A program made the position numbers and the translations under genes. Below, in pieces: positions 39,257-48,662 of a stretch of DNA of 64,000 bases (its first letter is position 1; every line of letters begins with the position of its first letter). Source of the DNA: a virus (taxonomy: Duplodnaviria > Caudoviricetes). The notes beneath the pieces were generated by a model. The model had not been told where the DNA came from. It did no database searches and saw only the letters and a program-made list of their open reading frames with translations. Where the stretch lies: positions 1-64,000 of the IMG/VR virus record IMGVR_UViG_3300018475_000120; one strand, 5' to 3'.

Positions 39257-40531
39257 ATGGCTTTAACATTAGACCCAAGTAAAATCCTAAGACCTATTCA
39301 TCCTCTTTCTTAGGATGGATATCAATTTTTCCCATTAACACACTATAGCCAAATTATTATGGCTGACGGTAGCAGATGGAATGGTATCTCTGTTGATAAA
39401 GTAGTTGATGAAGAAGGCAATGAAATCTTTAAAATGCCGACCGACAAATCTTTATTAATCGATGGCGCGCCAGCAGATGCTAAAATCACTGGTCAAAGAA
39501 TTGATGCTTGTTTATTAAAATCAGGTGGCATTATGACCGGTACTTTGAGTATCGATAGAACCACTGGCGTTGCCGCGACTATTGATTTCATAAATAATAC
39601 TAAACCAATTGCTCGTCTTACTGCAAATACTAATGGCAATCGTTTTACTTTTTGGCAATTTAATGCCGCAGGAGCTTATGAATACTATCAATTACCAATA
39701 GTAAAGGTAGATGAGGCGATACCCGAAGATAATCAGCATTTAATTTTGACTTCCAAAATGCCCGTTACAATCGAATAGGGTGGCACAGGAGCAACTGATG
39801 CAACAACGGCTCTGGTTAATTTAGGTGCTTTACCTCTAGCTGGTGGTACAATTACTGGTCCATTGGTAACTGATGATATAGTAACTTTGAATAAACAAGT
39901 ATTTGCAAAAGGTATTTTTAATAGTCAAGGCACTTTCTATGCTGAGTCATTATTCCATATTCGCAATGGCAACTATAAGCCTACCTTGCATTTTAGTACA
40001 TATCAATTATAGAGAGGTCAAACTAGCGGTTCAATCGTATATGCGGCCCCAGATACTACAAATGGTTATACGGCCAGAAGTCGTTTCTAGTTTTAGCAAT
40101 TTAGTTATAATGGTAGTCTTGATGCAGTAACTACTGTATCAGAAACTTTCAATTTGCCTGATACAGCAGAAGGATTAGCGTCTTCAGAATCCTATAATAT
40201 CCTTACCACTAAATCTCCCGTGACTGTCGCCCAAGGTGGCACCGGTGCGACGACTGCGGCAGCGGCTCGTGCGGCACTGGGAGCGGTAAATAAATCAGAT
40301 ATCGAGATTGCTTTGCCTGTTTCTGGTTGGGATAGTAATGGTGTTTAGACAGTTAGCGTAGAACAAATTACTACCGAAAGTAGTGTATTGGTTGCGCCAA
40401 ATCCTAGTGTATATGCGAGCTATCATCAATATGGCGTTTATTGCTCTGATTAGGGTGATGGTACATTATCTTTTAAATACAGAATTAAACCTGAAATAGA
40501 TTTAGTCGTCAATACTGTTATCTTTAATTAA
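39257..40531 (+). CDS. Tail fibre protein (seven TAG=Gln)
   Basis: Joins ORFs 39359 and 40154; PVTIE*GGTGAT versus PVTVAQGGTGAT in the same protein. Confidence 0.8.
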
Positions 40532-40545
40532 GGAGGACATATAAT

Positions 40546-41646
40546 ATGGGTATTTATAATATAGGCGGCCCTTCTTATAGTCTTCCTATTTTAGATATAA
40601 GTTATCCGAAAGATATCACTATGCGAGAATAGGCTAATGGTTAGGCTACTTTTGAAGTTAAAATTACCAGAGACGGCTTTCCTAATGACTATAAGTATTA
40701 GTGGTATGTGAATAATACAATAGTAGATGGGGCAACTAATATTTCTTATACAATGACTGGCTTGACAGAAACCTCTAATTACACGTTATATTGTGTTGTT
40801 TCTAATGATGCCGGCAAAGTTATTAGCAAAACTGCCAATCTTACTGTAACTAGCGCCTTAGCTTCTTATACTTTAAATGGCACTTCATATACAGCTCTAA
40901 GAGATCCTTACAGTAATAGTGGATACGATTGGCTAATTACCTTGACGGGTTCCACAACTCTTAAATTCTCTGATTTGGGAAATTGTGATGGCACCATTGA
41001 TGTTTTCCTTGTAGGAGGTGGAGGAGGCGGAGGTAGCTTCGCAGGAACTAGTAATTACTATGGTGGTGGCGGAGCTGGAGGTGGATATACAAAGACTTTC
41101 ACGATGCCAGCTAGTATAAATACTAATTATATTGCTGAAATTGGTAGCGGTGGAGCTGGAGGTAGTAAAGCTAATGGTGATTCAGGAGGAATTACTAGTT
41201 TTAACGGAACTTCTATAAATGGTGGTTCTGGCGGTGGCACTTGGTGTACCGGTGGGAATGGTGGCTCTGGCGGCGGCGCAGGAGAAAAAGGTGATGATAA
41301 AGCCGGCAACGGAGGTAGTAACGGTGGCAATGGTGGTAGTACCTCAATTGATGGTAGCACCATGGCCGGAGGTACGGGACAAGGAGGCACCACTCGTGGT
41401 TTTGGTTCATCTTCATATGATTTATATGCCGGTGGCGGCGGTGGTGGACAAGGTATAACCAGTGGCTCTCCAGGCACAGCAGGTACACCAGGAAATCGTG
41501 GCGACGAGACCAGCGGCGGTTGGTATAATGGAAGTAAGGTAGCACCATTAGCCAATAGAGGCGGTGGTGGATGTGGCGGTGGCAATAACCATGGAACTGG
41601 ACAAACTGGCGGCTCTGGTGTTATCCTTATCCGCAATCATAGATAA
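40546..41646 (+). CDS. Ig-like plus glycine-rich tail protein (three TAG=Gln), paralogue of 35179-36306
   Basis: GGAGG RBS; YKY*WY; TTLKFSDLGNC shared with paralogue. Confidence 0.8.
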
Positions 41647-41693
41647 AAAATAAAGAGCAACCATAAGGTTGCTCTTTATTTTTTTATTCTTTT

Positions 41694-42128
41694 TTAAAAA
41701 TTCTCCTGTCGAATAGCAAGACGCTCTTCATACAAATAACATTCTTCTGCCTTGTCTGCTGCCAATTTATAAAGTTTATGAAAAAGGTCGCTTACCTCAT
41801 ACATACAGTATTCCATATCCTTATAATAACTCATAAGGGCCTTATTACGGGCGATTTCCTTCCCCTTTTCTACATCAAATTCATCATTAGGATGACAATG
41901 CGCGACACCATAATATTCTACACCAGCCATACGCTTCCTAAAAATAGGATTCACTAAGTTATCTAGGTCCCAATAACAGTCTCTATTAGAAGCGCCCTTG
42001 ACATAACGCCTTAGCTTCGCCATTGCCTGATTGCGGGCTTCTTCCCAAAGTTCATTAGGGTGACCATCTTCATGGGCAGGCATACGACAACATACAGCAC
42101 GCTTTTCAGGATTAATGTGATAAATCAT
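41694..42128 (-). CDS. Hypothetical phage protein
   Basis: GVAHCHPNDEFDVEKGKEIAR motif; own promoter. Confidence 0.75.
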   Translation of the reverse strand: MIYHINPEKRAVCCRMPAHEDGHPNELWEEARNQAMAKLRRYVKGASNRDCYWDLDNLVNPIFRKRMAGVEYYGVAHCHPNDEFDVEKGKEIARNKALMSYYKDMEYCMYEVSDLFHKLYKLAADKAEECYLYEERLAIRQENF

Positions 42129-42262
42129 ATTATTAATTACTCCTTTTCTTTTATATTTATATTATAGATTAATTTTTTATATTTGTCAAATTTATAAAAA
42201 TGAAATATAAAATTGACAATAATAAAAATTAAATATATAATAAAAGAAAAAAGGAGAATAAT

Positions 42263-42595
42263 ATGCGCACCAGACAAACGCTTGTAAATGGTTTTGAGGA
42301 TATAAAAACTTTATTTCAATATCTTTATATGGATGAGGAACATAGTATTACGGTTGATAATGGAATCACAAAACTTAATCTTAAATTAGCAGATAACTTA
42401 GAAACTTTACAGATGAATTTATCCTTTCCTCATTTAGGTTATACCCATCGTCCTATGCGTATTGAAGAATGGCTGGCTTGTGTAGAGCAACTTAAAGAGC
42501 AGCCTTCTGATTGCGGCTATGGGAGTTTTAAAAATAAATGGGAAGAAATTCAAACTATTACTATAATGCAAGTTGCTGTAAATAAAGATATATAA
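42263..42595 (+). CDS. Hypothetical protein
   Basis: Promoter and AGGAG RBS. Confidence 0.7.
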   Translation: MRTRQTLVNGFEDIKTLFQYLYMDEEHSITVDNGITKLNLKLADNLETLQMNLSFPHLGYTHRPMRIEEWLACVEQLKEQPSDCGYGSFKNKWEEIQTITIMQVAVNKDI

Positions 42596-42654
42596 TAATT
42601 TGACAATTATAAAATTTCAATATATAATACTTATAGAAAGTGAGGAGATGAATT

Positions 42655-42840
42655 ATGGTAGTTAAAACTTTTCACGATATCTATTATAGTGATTATTGTA
42701 CAGAACCCCTTAAAATGGCCTCTGTAGAACTCCAACGGTATCTGAATAGTAAAGCTATAATTAACCATCAAATTTTTTATAGCGTCGAGCGCGATAAGCG
42801 CGGTCGCCTTCATACCCACATTCTTCTTGTACATGATTAA
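42655..42840 (+). CDS. Hypothetical protein
   Basis: Promoter and RBS. Confidence 0.6.
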   Translation: MVVKTFHDIYYSDYCTEPLKMASVELQRYLNSKAIINHQIFYSVERDKRGRLHTHILLVHD

Positions 42841-42857
42841 AGAAAGGAATTAACTCT

Positions 42858-43496
42858 ATGCACTTCATTATGCCCCGTTTCTTTGTGAATTGCGAACGTT
42901 GGAAGTGGAATGATGACCTTCGTATCTATGTTTCTACTCACGGTCATTTTAAAGATGAACATAAGCGTAATAAGGCGTGTAAAGTAAAAGATAATTATTT
43001 CTGGATTAATATTGACGGTAAATGGCTTCCCGCACATAGAGTCGTTCTTCTTACTTGGCGGCCGCTTCCTAATGATGGTGAGCCTATGACGGTAGATCAT
43101 TTAAACTCTATTACTCGCGATAATCGTCTTTGTAATCTTGAATGGGTCACGAGAGAAGAAAACTTGCGGCGAGCCAATAACAATGTTCTTAATGTCTCGA
43201 AGAAAGTTACCCCTCGCAATTCCATCCAAGAACTTCCTTTTGGTGTGCCTCTTCTTTCTAAAAATCTTGGTTTTGACAACCATGATTGCGTTCCCTATAC
43301 CGATTTAAGGAAAAAGATTAATAATAATGAGGTTGTCTTTAAAGTAGCGGATGCTCTTTATACCGCAAATGAACTCTATGAAAAGTTTAATGCATGTGCG
43401 GCTCAGCGAGACAATTTTATTAAAAGGGCGTGTAGCCGTGCTTTTGAGGGAAAAGCATACGATGGTGTTTATATTGAACTCATTCGGGTGAAGTAA
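42858..43496 (+). CDS. HNH endonuclease
   Basis: AHRVV...TVDHLNSITRDNRLCNLEWVTREEN. Confidence 0.85.
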   Translation: MHFIMPRFFVNCERWKWNDDLRIYVSTHGHFKDEHKRNKACKVKDNYFWINIDGKWLPAHRVVLLTWRPLPNDGEPMTVDHLNSITRDNRLCNLEWVTREENLRRANNNVLNVSKKVTPRNSIQELPFGVPLLSKNLGFDNHDCVPYTDLRKKINNNEVVFKVADALYTANELYEKFNACAAQRDNFIKRACSRAFEGKAYDGVYIELIRVK

Positions 43497-43729
43497 ATGA
43501 ATATGAAATATTATACAGATTGTATAAACAATAGTAAAAAATGGCGTTTAGACCAATTAGAAGATCTAAATAATCCGTGGGATACGGTCGAACCTTGGGC
43601 CCAATCATTTATACGCTATGGTTATGACCCACGCTGCTTAATAAAAATTTTGACCTCTTAAAACTTTACAAAGATGAAAAAATGATGTATAATAATAACG
43701 AAGAAAAAGAAAAGGAGAAAGAAACTAAT

Positions 43730-44326
43730 ATGTTTGATGCTTCTAATATGATGAATAAGTATTTTGGTAAGGTCGCTAATGGTATGGTTCGTCTGTCTAT
43801 GAATGGTGATATGGCTATTAAGACCTCTAATGGCTATAAGACCTATGATGTTAAGACCGGTGCCCTAGTAAATTGTAGCGACTTTGTTTTCGCTGATGGT
43901 TCGGATTTCTTCTTCATCATCCCCACTAATAAGGTTGAAACTGGCGATGTTATCCTGGCCGCGGGCAAGCCGCATTGCGTGATTAAGGCGGAAGCCAATC
44001 GTATTGAGGCTCTGCGTTATGAGGACGGTAATATTGTAAATATTGTTCCTGAACGGAATGTTATATTTGGCCGCACTTATTTCTATGGCAAGATTGTATC
44101 TATGTTCGGTAAGATTACTGGTGATAATAGCGACAAGGGCGTGAAAAATATGATGAAGTATTTTATTATGTCCGAGATGATGGGTAAGAATAATAATAGT
44201 AATGGCAATATGAATTTTATGTTGCCTATGATGATGCTCATGGGTAATAACAATATGGAAGATATGTTTGAAGGTATGTTTGACTTCAGCATAGATTCTT
44301 CTAAAGAAAATAAAGAAGAAAATTAA
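43730..44326 (+). CDS. Conserved phage hypothetical protein with Met/Asn-rich C-terminus
   Basis: RLSMNG.AIKTSNGYKTY; FYGKIVSMFG; AGGAG RBS. Confidence 0.75.
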   Translation: MFDASNMMNKYFGKVANGMVRLSMNGDMAIKTSNGYKTYDVKTGALVNCSDFVFADGSDFFFIIPTNKVETGDVILAAGKPHCVIKAEANRIEALRYEDGNIVNIVPERNVIFGRTYFYGKIVSMFGKITGDNSDKGVKNMMKYFIMSEMMGKNNNSNGNMNFMLPMMMLMGNNNMEDMFEGMFDFSIDSSKENKEEN

Positions 44327-44388
44327 TTTATCAGAAAAAATTGTCCTAAAAAGATGACAAGATAATCACTTATATTTTGGAGGCGGCT

Positions 44389-44583
44389 ATGCTTAAAGAA
44401 AAGGTAGAAAAATTTTTAGATGTTGGCGTTTCTTTAAAAGGCATAGCCGCGTTTTCTAATATTCATTATTCAACTTTATCTAAGTGGATTAATGGAACTA
44501 GAGAATTAACAGAACAAAATAAAGAAAAAGTGAGTATTGCTTTACAAAGTATTGTAAGAGTACTTACAGATATCGTGGAGTGA
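44389..44583 (+). CDS. XRE-type HTH protein
   Basis: IHYSTLSKWINGTR; GGAGG RBS. Confidence 0.7.
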   Translation: MLKEKVEKFLDVGVSLKGIAAFSNIHYSTLSKWINGTRELTEQNKEKVSIALQSIVRVLTDIVE

Positions 44584-44587
44584 TTAT

Positions 44588-45355
44588 ATGGGTAATTTTA
44601 TAGATTTGACTGGGCAAAAATTTTCACGGCTTACTGTAGTTGAACGCGATTATAATTCAAAAATGGCTTAGAAATATAAAGTAGCATATTGGCTATGTAA
44701 ATGTGATTGCGGTAATCCTAATTTAGTAAGTGTATCTTCTTCAAATTTACGGCGTAATCAGGTTAAATCTTGCGGCTGTTTAAATCATGAAAAACGAGGA
44801 CCGCGAGTTGTGCCTGATATGACTGGGCAAGTTTTTGGAGAATTAACTGTTTTAAGTCGTAACTTAGATTATTATGAATTAAAATAGAACGGAAGAAGTT
44901 ATTGGAATTGTTTATGCTCTTGTGGTAATATTTGTGTTTATAGTAATAATGCCTTAAAAACCGGACGTGCTATTTCTTGTGGTTGCTAGAAATCAAAAGG
45001 TGAGGCTTATATTAAAAGACTTTTATAGAAGGCTAATGTTGAATTCCAATATTAGAGTAATCCATATAATTGGAAATTATCTTCTGGTTGGCAACCGCAT
45101 TTTGATTTTTTCATTCATCATCCTATTACAAACAAGTGGTTCTTTTTAGAATATGATGGACGGTAGCATTATGAAGCTGATAAAAATGGATGGAATACAA
45201 ATGAAAAATTAATTATTACTTAGCAACATGATTTAGAAAAGAATAAACTTTGTTTTAAAAATCATATTCCTTTAAAACGTATCCCCTATTGGAAATTAGA
45301 AAATATAACAATTGAAAATATCTTAGATGATACATTTTTAATAAAGGAGAAGTAA
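44588..45355 (+). CDS. Homing-endonuclease-like protein, CDCG repeats plus PD-(D/E)XK domain (seven TAG=Gln)
   Basis: IDLTGQKFSRLTV...WLCKCDCG...SCGC*KSKGE...FDF...LEYDGR*HY...LKRIPYW; absent from the ORF track. Confidence 0.85.
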
Positions 45356-45500
45356 TTTATAGGCGGTATGTAAATTATATAAATCTAAATTATATGAATG
45401 ATTATTGGGGCGAACCTTTTTAAGTGGCATTTGCCACTTTTATTTTTTGACTTTTTTTAAATTTTAGTATATAATATTCATATAAGGAGGAGAATATATA

Positions 45501-45698
45501 ATGAAAATCCCAACTCCTAACTTAATTGAATTATTGCGGCGACCCATTCCTCGAAATCGATGGGCGGGTGTTCCGTTATATGAGGATTTGACTAAAATCG
45601 AAAATATTATGAAAGAAGCCGCGGCTCAATTAGAGTGGTTTCTAAATTATGTAGAGAAAGGAAAGAAAACTAATGAGAAAAAAGATAATGCCATATGA
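45501..45698 (+). CDS. Hypothetical protein
   Basis: Promoter and GGAGG RBS. Confidence 0.6.
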   Translation: MKIPTPNLIELLRRPIPRNRWAGVPLYEDLTKIENIMKEAAAQLEWFLNYVEKGKKTNEKKDNAI

Positions 45699-45915
45699 TT
45701 GGCGTAAAAAGCACCCTCGATGTTGGTTTTGTAAATATTATAAACTTGCTATTCCCGCTGGAGCGCATGGTATGGGTTTGCCAGACTTTTTTAAGTGTTT
45801 GGTAAAAGAAAAAACAATTAATTGCCCTAAAATGCCGCGACCTTGGTGTAAATGTTATACTGTAGAACAAATTAAAATATTCGAAGAGGAGTTAGTTTCT
45901 AATGCGAAAAGTTGA
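45673..45915 (+). CDS. Small Cys-containing protein
   Basis: CWFCKYY...C...C. Confidence 0.6.
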   Translation: MRKKIMPYDWRKKHPRCWFCKYYKLAIPAGAHGMGLPDFFKCLVKEKTINCPKMPRPWCKCYTVEQIKIFEEELVSNAKS

Positions 45916-46333
45916 ATATTGGGAAGCCTTTGACGGTAAGAGATTTGAAGAAGAAAGTGCATGTGATGCTTATGAAAAAGCGCATCCTTTCTTTGACAAC
46001 AAACGTATTCAGTTCTATTCTAATAATGGGCATTTAATTAGTAAACCTTGTGAAAATGTTTTCTTAGATAGTAATAGATTTGAAGTCTTTGATAAAGAGG
46101 CTTTAGAGGCTTATGCTGATTATTGTAATTTTTTACACATCAAAGCACCGATGCGGCCCACTTTAGTGGCAGGCTTTCCGCTACACTATCTGTTTCTAAA
46201 TGGAACATGGAAGTGTATTGAAGAAGAAATTTTTCGATTGCACGATTCTTTACTTAATGATTTTAATAGCAATGTCATTGAGGATATTGATGAGCATCAC
46301 GATTTAATGGAGTTTAATAATGAAGAAGCATAA
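45902..46333 (+). CDS. Hypothetical protein
   Basis: AFDGKRFEEESACDAYE, same N-terminal pattern as 16272. Confidence 0.7.
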   Translation: MRKVEYWEAFDGKRFEEESACDAYEKAHPFFDNKRIQFYSNNGHLISKPCENVFLDSNRFEVFDKEALEAYADYCNFLHIKAPMRPTLVAGFPLHYLFLNGTWKCIEEEIFRLHDSLLNDFNSNVIEDIDEHHDLMEFNNEEA

Positions 46334-46523
46334 AATTAATTGGAAACGCCTATGGTGGGCTATTAAAGAAGAACTTGGCATTTTATTGTTTGTTGCCATT
46401 ATGCTCATTTTTATCGCCATCCCTTGGGCTCTTATATTTTTCACTGGTTCTTATTGGTGGATTTTACTATATCCCGCGGCTTTCTTTATTGGTGGCGTAT
46501 ATGAAAAATATAATGGGAGATAA
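46320..46523 (+). CDS. Small membrane protein
   Basis: Two hydrophobic segments. Confidence 0.65.
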   Translation: MKKHKINWKRLWWAIKEELGILLFVAIMLIFIAIPWALIFFTGSYWWILLYPAAFFIGGVYEKYNGR

Positions 46524-46525
46524 AT

Positions 46526-47113
46526 ATGAATATTAAGAATGTTTGGCTTCATCTTCGTAAAATCCAAATCCATCGTAAGTGGGTGAGACATTATTGCTTT
46601 GCTATTGGTCTTTATAAGCAAGGTTTGCTTCATGACCTTTCTAAATATTCTCCTACGGAGTTTTGGGAGAGTGTAAAATACTATCAGGGCGCCAGTTCTC
46701 CCATTGATGCCTCTAAAGCAGAAAATGGCTATTCTATGGCATGGTTTCATCACCGCGGCCGCAACTATCATCACTATGAAATGTGGCAGGATGACTTTGA
46801 CCACGGCGGCAAGTCGCTTTTAATGCCTTATGAGTATTTCGCAGAAATGATTTGTGATTATTTGGCGGCCGGTCGTGCTTATATGGGTGATAGGTTTTCT
46901 TTTGTAGCAGAAAACGAATGGTGGAAAAAGAAGAAAGCCAAGGGTTTGGCTATGCCAGCAAATCAGATAAAGATGATTGATTTTATTTTTAATCTGCTCG
47001 CTGAGCGTGAAGAACGAGACGGTATGACTTGGACAGAAAAATGGTTTACCGAATCAATCAGCGGACAGACGTTAATTCTAATGACTTATAATTATTATAA
47101 GGAGCATAATTAA
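46526..47113 (+). CDS. DUF5662-like HD-type protein
   Basis: GLLHDLSKYSPTEF...AWFHHRGRNYHHYE...EMICDY. Confidence 0.8.
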   Translation: MNIKNVWLHLRKIQIHRKWVRHYCFAIGLYKQGLLHDLSKYSPTEFWESVKYYQGASSPIDASKAENGYSMAWFHHRGRNYHHYEMWQDDFDHGGKSLLMPYEYFAEMICDYLAAGRAYMGDRFSFVAENEWWKKKKAKGLAMPANQIKMIDFIFNLLAEREERDGMTWTEKWFTESISGQTLILMTYNYYKEHN

Positions 47114-47313
47114 TGGGTTTACAAATTTTTGTATTAGGTATTATATTTACCCTACTTGGTTTCGCTATTAGTTGGATACTTGAAATGTGTCGCATTACTA
47201 TCTATTGGAATTTTTGGGTGGCGTTTTTATTTATAACCTTAAGCACGGCGTTTATTGGCGGATGTATTTGGATTGTTGAGTGTTTTGTGATGTTTATTAA
47301 TCTATTTATTTAA
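47113..47313 (+). CDS. Small membrane protein
   Basis: Highly hydrophobic 66 aa. Confidence 0.6.
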   Translation: MGLQIFVLGIIFTLLGFAISWILEMCRITIYWNFWVAFLFITLSTAFIGGCIWIVECFVMFINLFI

Positions 47314-47326
47314 AGAAGGAAGAAAA

Positions 47327-48076
47327 ATGAAATATTATTGTTTCAGTGATATTCACGGCCATAAAGCCCTATTCAAAAAAATCTTAAAATTCCTCCAAAA
47401 ACAGTCCGAACCTTGGAAATGTGTCTTTTTAGGTGATGCCGCGGACAGAAAAGAAGATGGTTATGAGATTATTAAGTATCTTTTAAATGATAAAGAACAT
47501 TTTATTTACCTTAAAGGCAATCACGAAGATATGTTGGTATTGGCGGCCAAAGCATTCTACAAGCACTTCGCCGAGGATAGATATACCCTAAAAGCACATT
47601 ATGGCGAAAGTGAAGCCGAAGAACTGGCACTTTTATATTCTTACGATTGGGATATTAGTCTTTATCTCCAAAATGGCGGTCTTAGCACCTTTAAGGATTG
47701 GATTAGAGATGGCGCACCTATGCGCGTAATTAATGCTCTCGATAAGTTGCCCACCAGTTATGAATATATAAACAAAAGTGGCAAGAGTATCTATTGCTGT
47801 CACGCAGGCCATCTTCTTAACAAAAGTGATAGCCCTATTTGGAGCCGTGAGCATTTCCAAGAGGCTTGGCCGCGTGGTTTGATGATACATGGCCATACGC
47901 CAGTAAGAAGCCTAATGAAGTTAGGTATATCTATTAATCCTGCCGCAACTAATCATCCAGCTTTTTATCAGGAAAATACCAAAGTAGATATTGATACTGG
48001 TTGCTTTTGTAGCGATACAATTAATCTAATGGACTTAGATACTTTGGAAAGTAAAGTTTTTACTACTCTAATTTGA
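47327..48076 (+). CDS. Metallophosphoesterase (Ser/Thr phosphatase-like)
   Basis: SDIHG, LGDAADR, KGNHE, HAG, HGHTP, IDTG. Confidence 0.9.
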   Translation: MKYYCFSDIHGHKALFKKILKFLQKQSEPWKCVFLGDAADRKEDGYEIIKYLLNDKEHFIYLKGNHEDMLVLAAKAFYKHFAEDRYTLKAHYGESEAEELALLYSYDWDISLYLQNGGLSTFKDWIRDGAPMRVINALDKLPTSYEYINKSGKSIYCCHAGHLLNKSDSPIWSREHFQEAWPRGLMIHGHTPVRSLMKLGISINPAATNHPAFYQENTKVDIDTGCFCSDTINLMDLDTLESKVFTTLI

Positions 48077-48129
48077 CAAAAGTAAAATTTTAATATATAA
48101 TATATTTGTAAATGAGAAAGGAAAGGACA

Positions 48130-48612
48130 ATGTATATGAAGAAAATCTATCTTGCTGGTTCTTGTGCTAAAGAAGAGCGTAGTCGTATGGAAGAAATTGC
48201 TGCGGCTTTGCGAGAAAAAGGATATAAAGTATATTGTCCTTTTGAACTGAAAATTCCTAATGCTTGGGATTATTCTCAGGAAACTTGGGCGCGAAAGGTT
48301 TTTGATGCCGATGTGGCCGCTATTGATGACTGCGATATTATGATAATGGTCTCTAAGGGCCGTATGTCGTCTGCCGGTACTAATTGGGAGCAAGGATATG
48401 CTTATGCTAAGAATAAACCTATCTTTGTATTTCAATATACGAATGATACCACTAGTCTTATGACCTATAGTGGTTGTACAAGATTTATTAATCTTCCTGC
48501 GGAGGTTGATGAAAAATTAAATATGCCCGCTTGTATCGCAGAATATCCTTATGAAATGTGGATTCGCACCCGAAATCGCGGTCTTAATCCTTGTTGTACT
48601 ATTCTAACTTAA
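48130..48612 (+). CDS. Nucleoside 2-deoxyribosyltransferase family protein
   Basis: KIYLAG...DVAAIDDCD...SAGTNWEQGYAYA. Confidence 0.85.
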   Translation: MYMKKIYLAGSCAKEERSRMEEIAAALREKGYKVYCPFELKIPNAWDYSQETWARKVFDADVAAIDDCDIMIMVSKGRMSSAGTNWEQGYAYAKNKPIFVFQYTNDTTSLMTYSGCTRFINLPAEVDEKLNMPACIAEYPYEMWIRTRNRGLNPCCTILT

Positions 48613-48662
48613 CGGTTCTTGCCTTAGAACCTTACAAATAATGAAAAGGAGAAGAATAATAT

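Noticed and set aside
41127-41636. Pro-rich minus-strand ORF and similar antisense ORFs (10546-11073, 17034-17654, 54217-54930)
   Set aside because: Shadows of well-supported plus-strand genes; no RBS or promoter
24815-41646. Fragmented tail ORFs as pseudogenes
   Set aside because: Every interruption checked is TAG, in frame and at Gln-compatible positions; there are no frameshifts or TAA/TGA breaks
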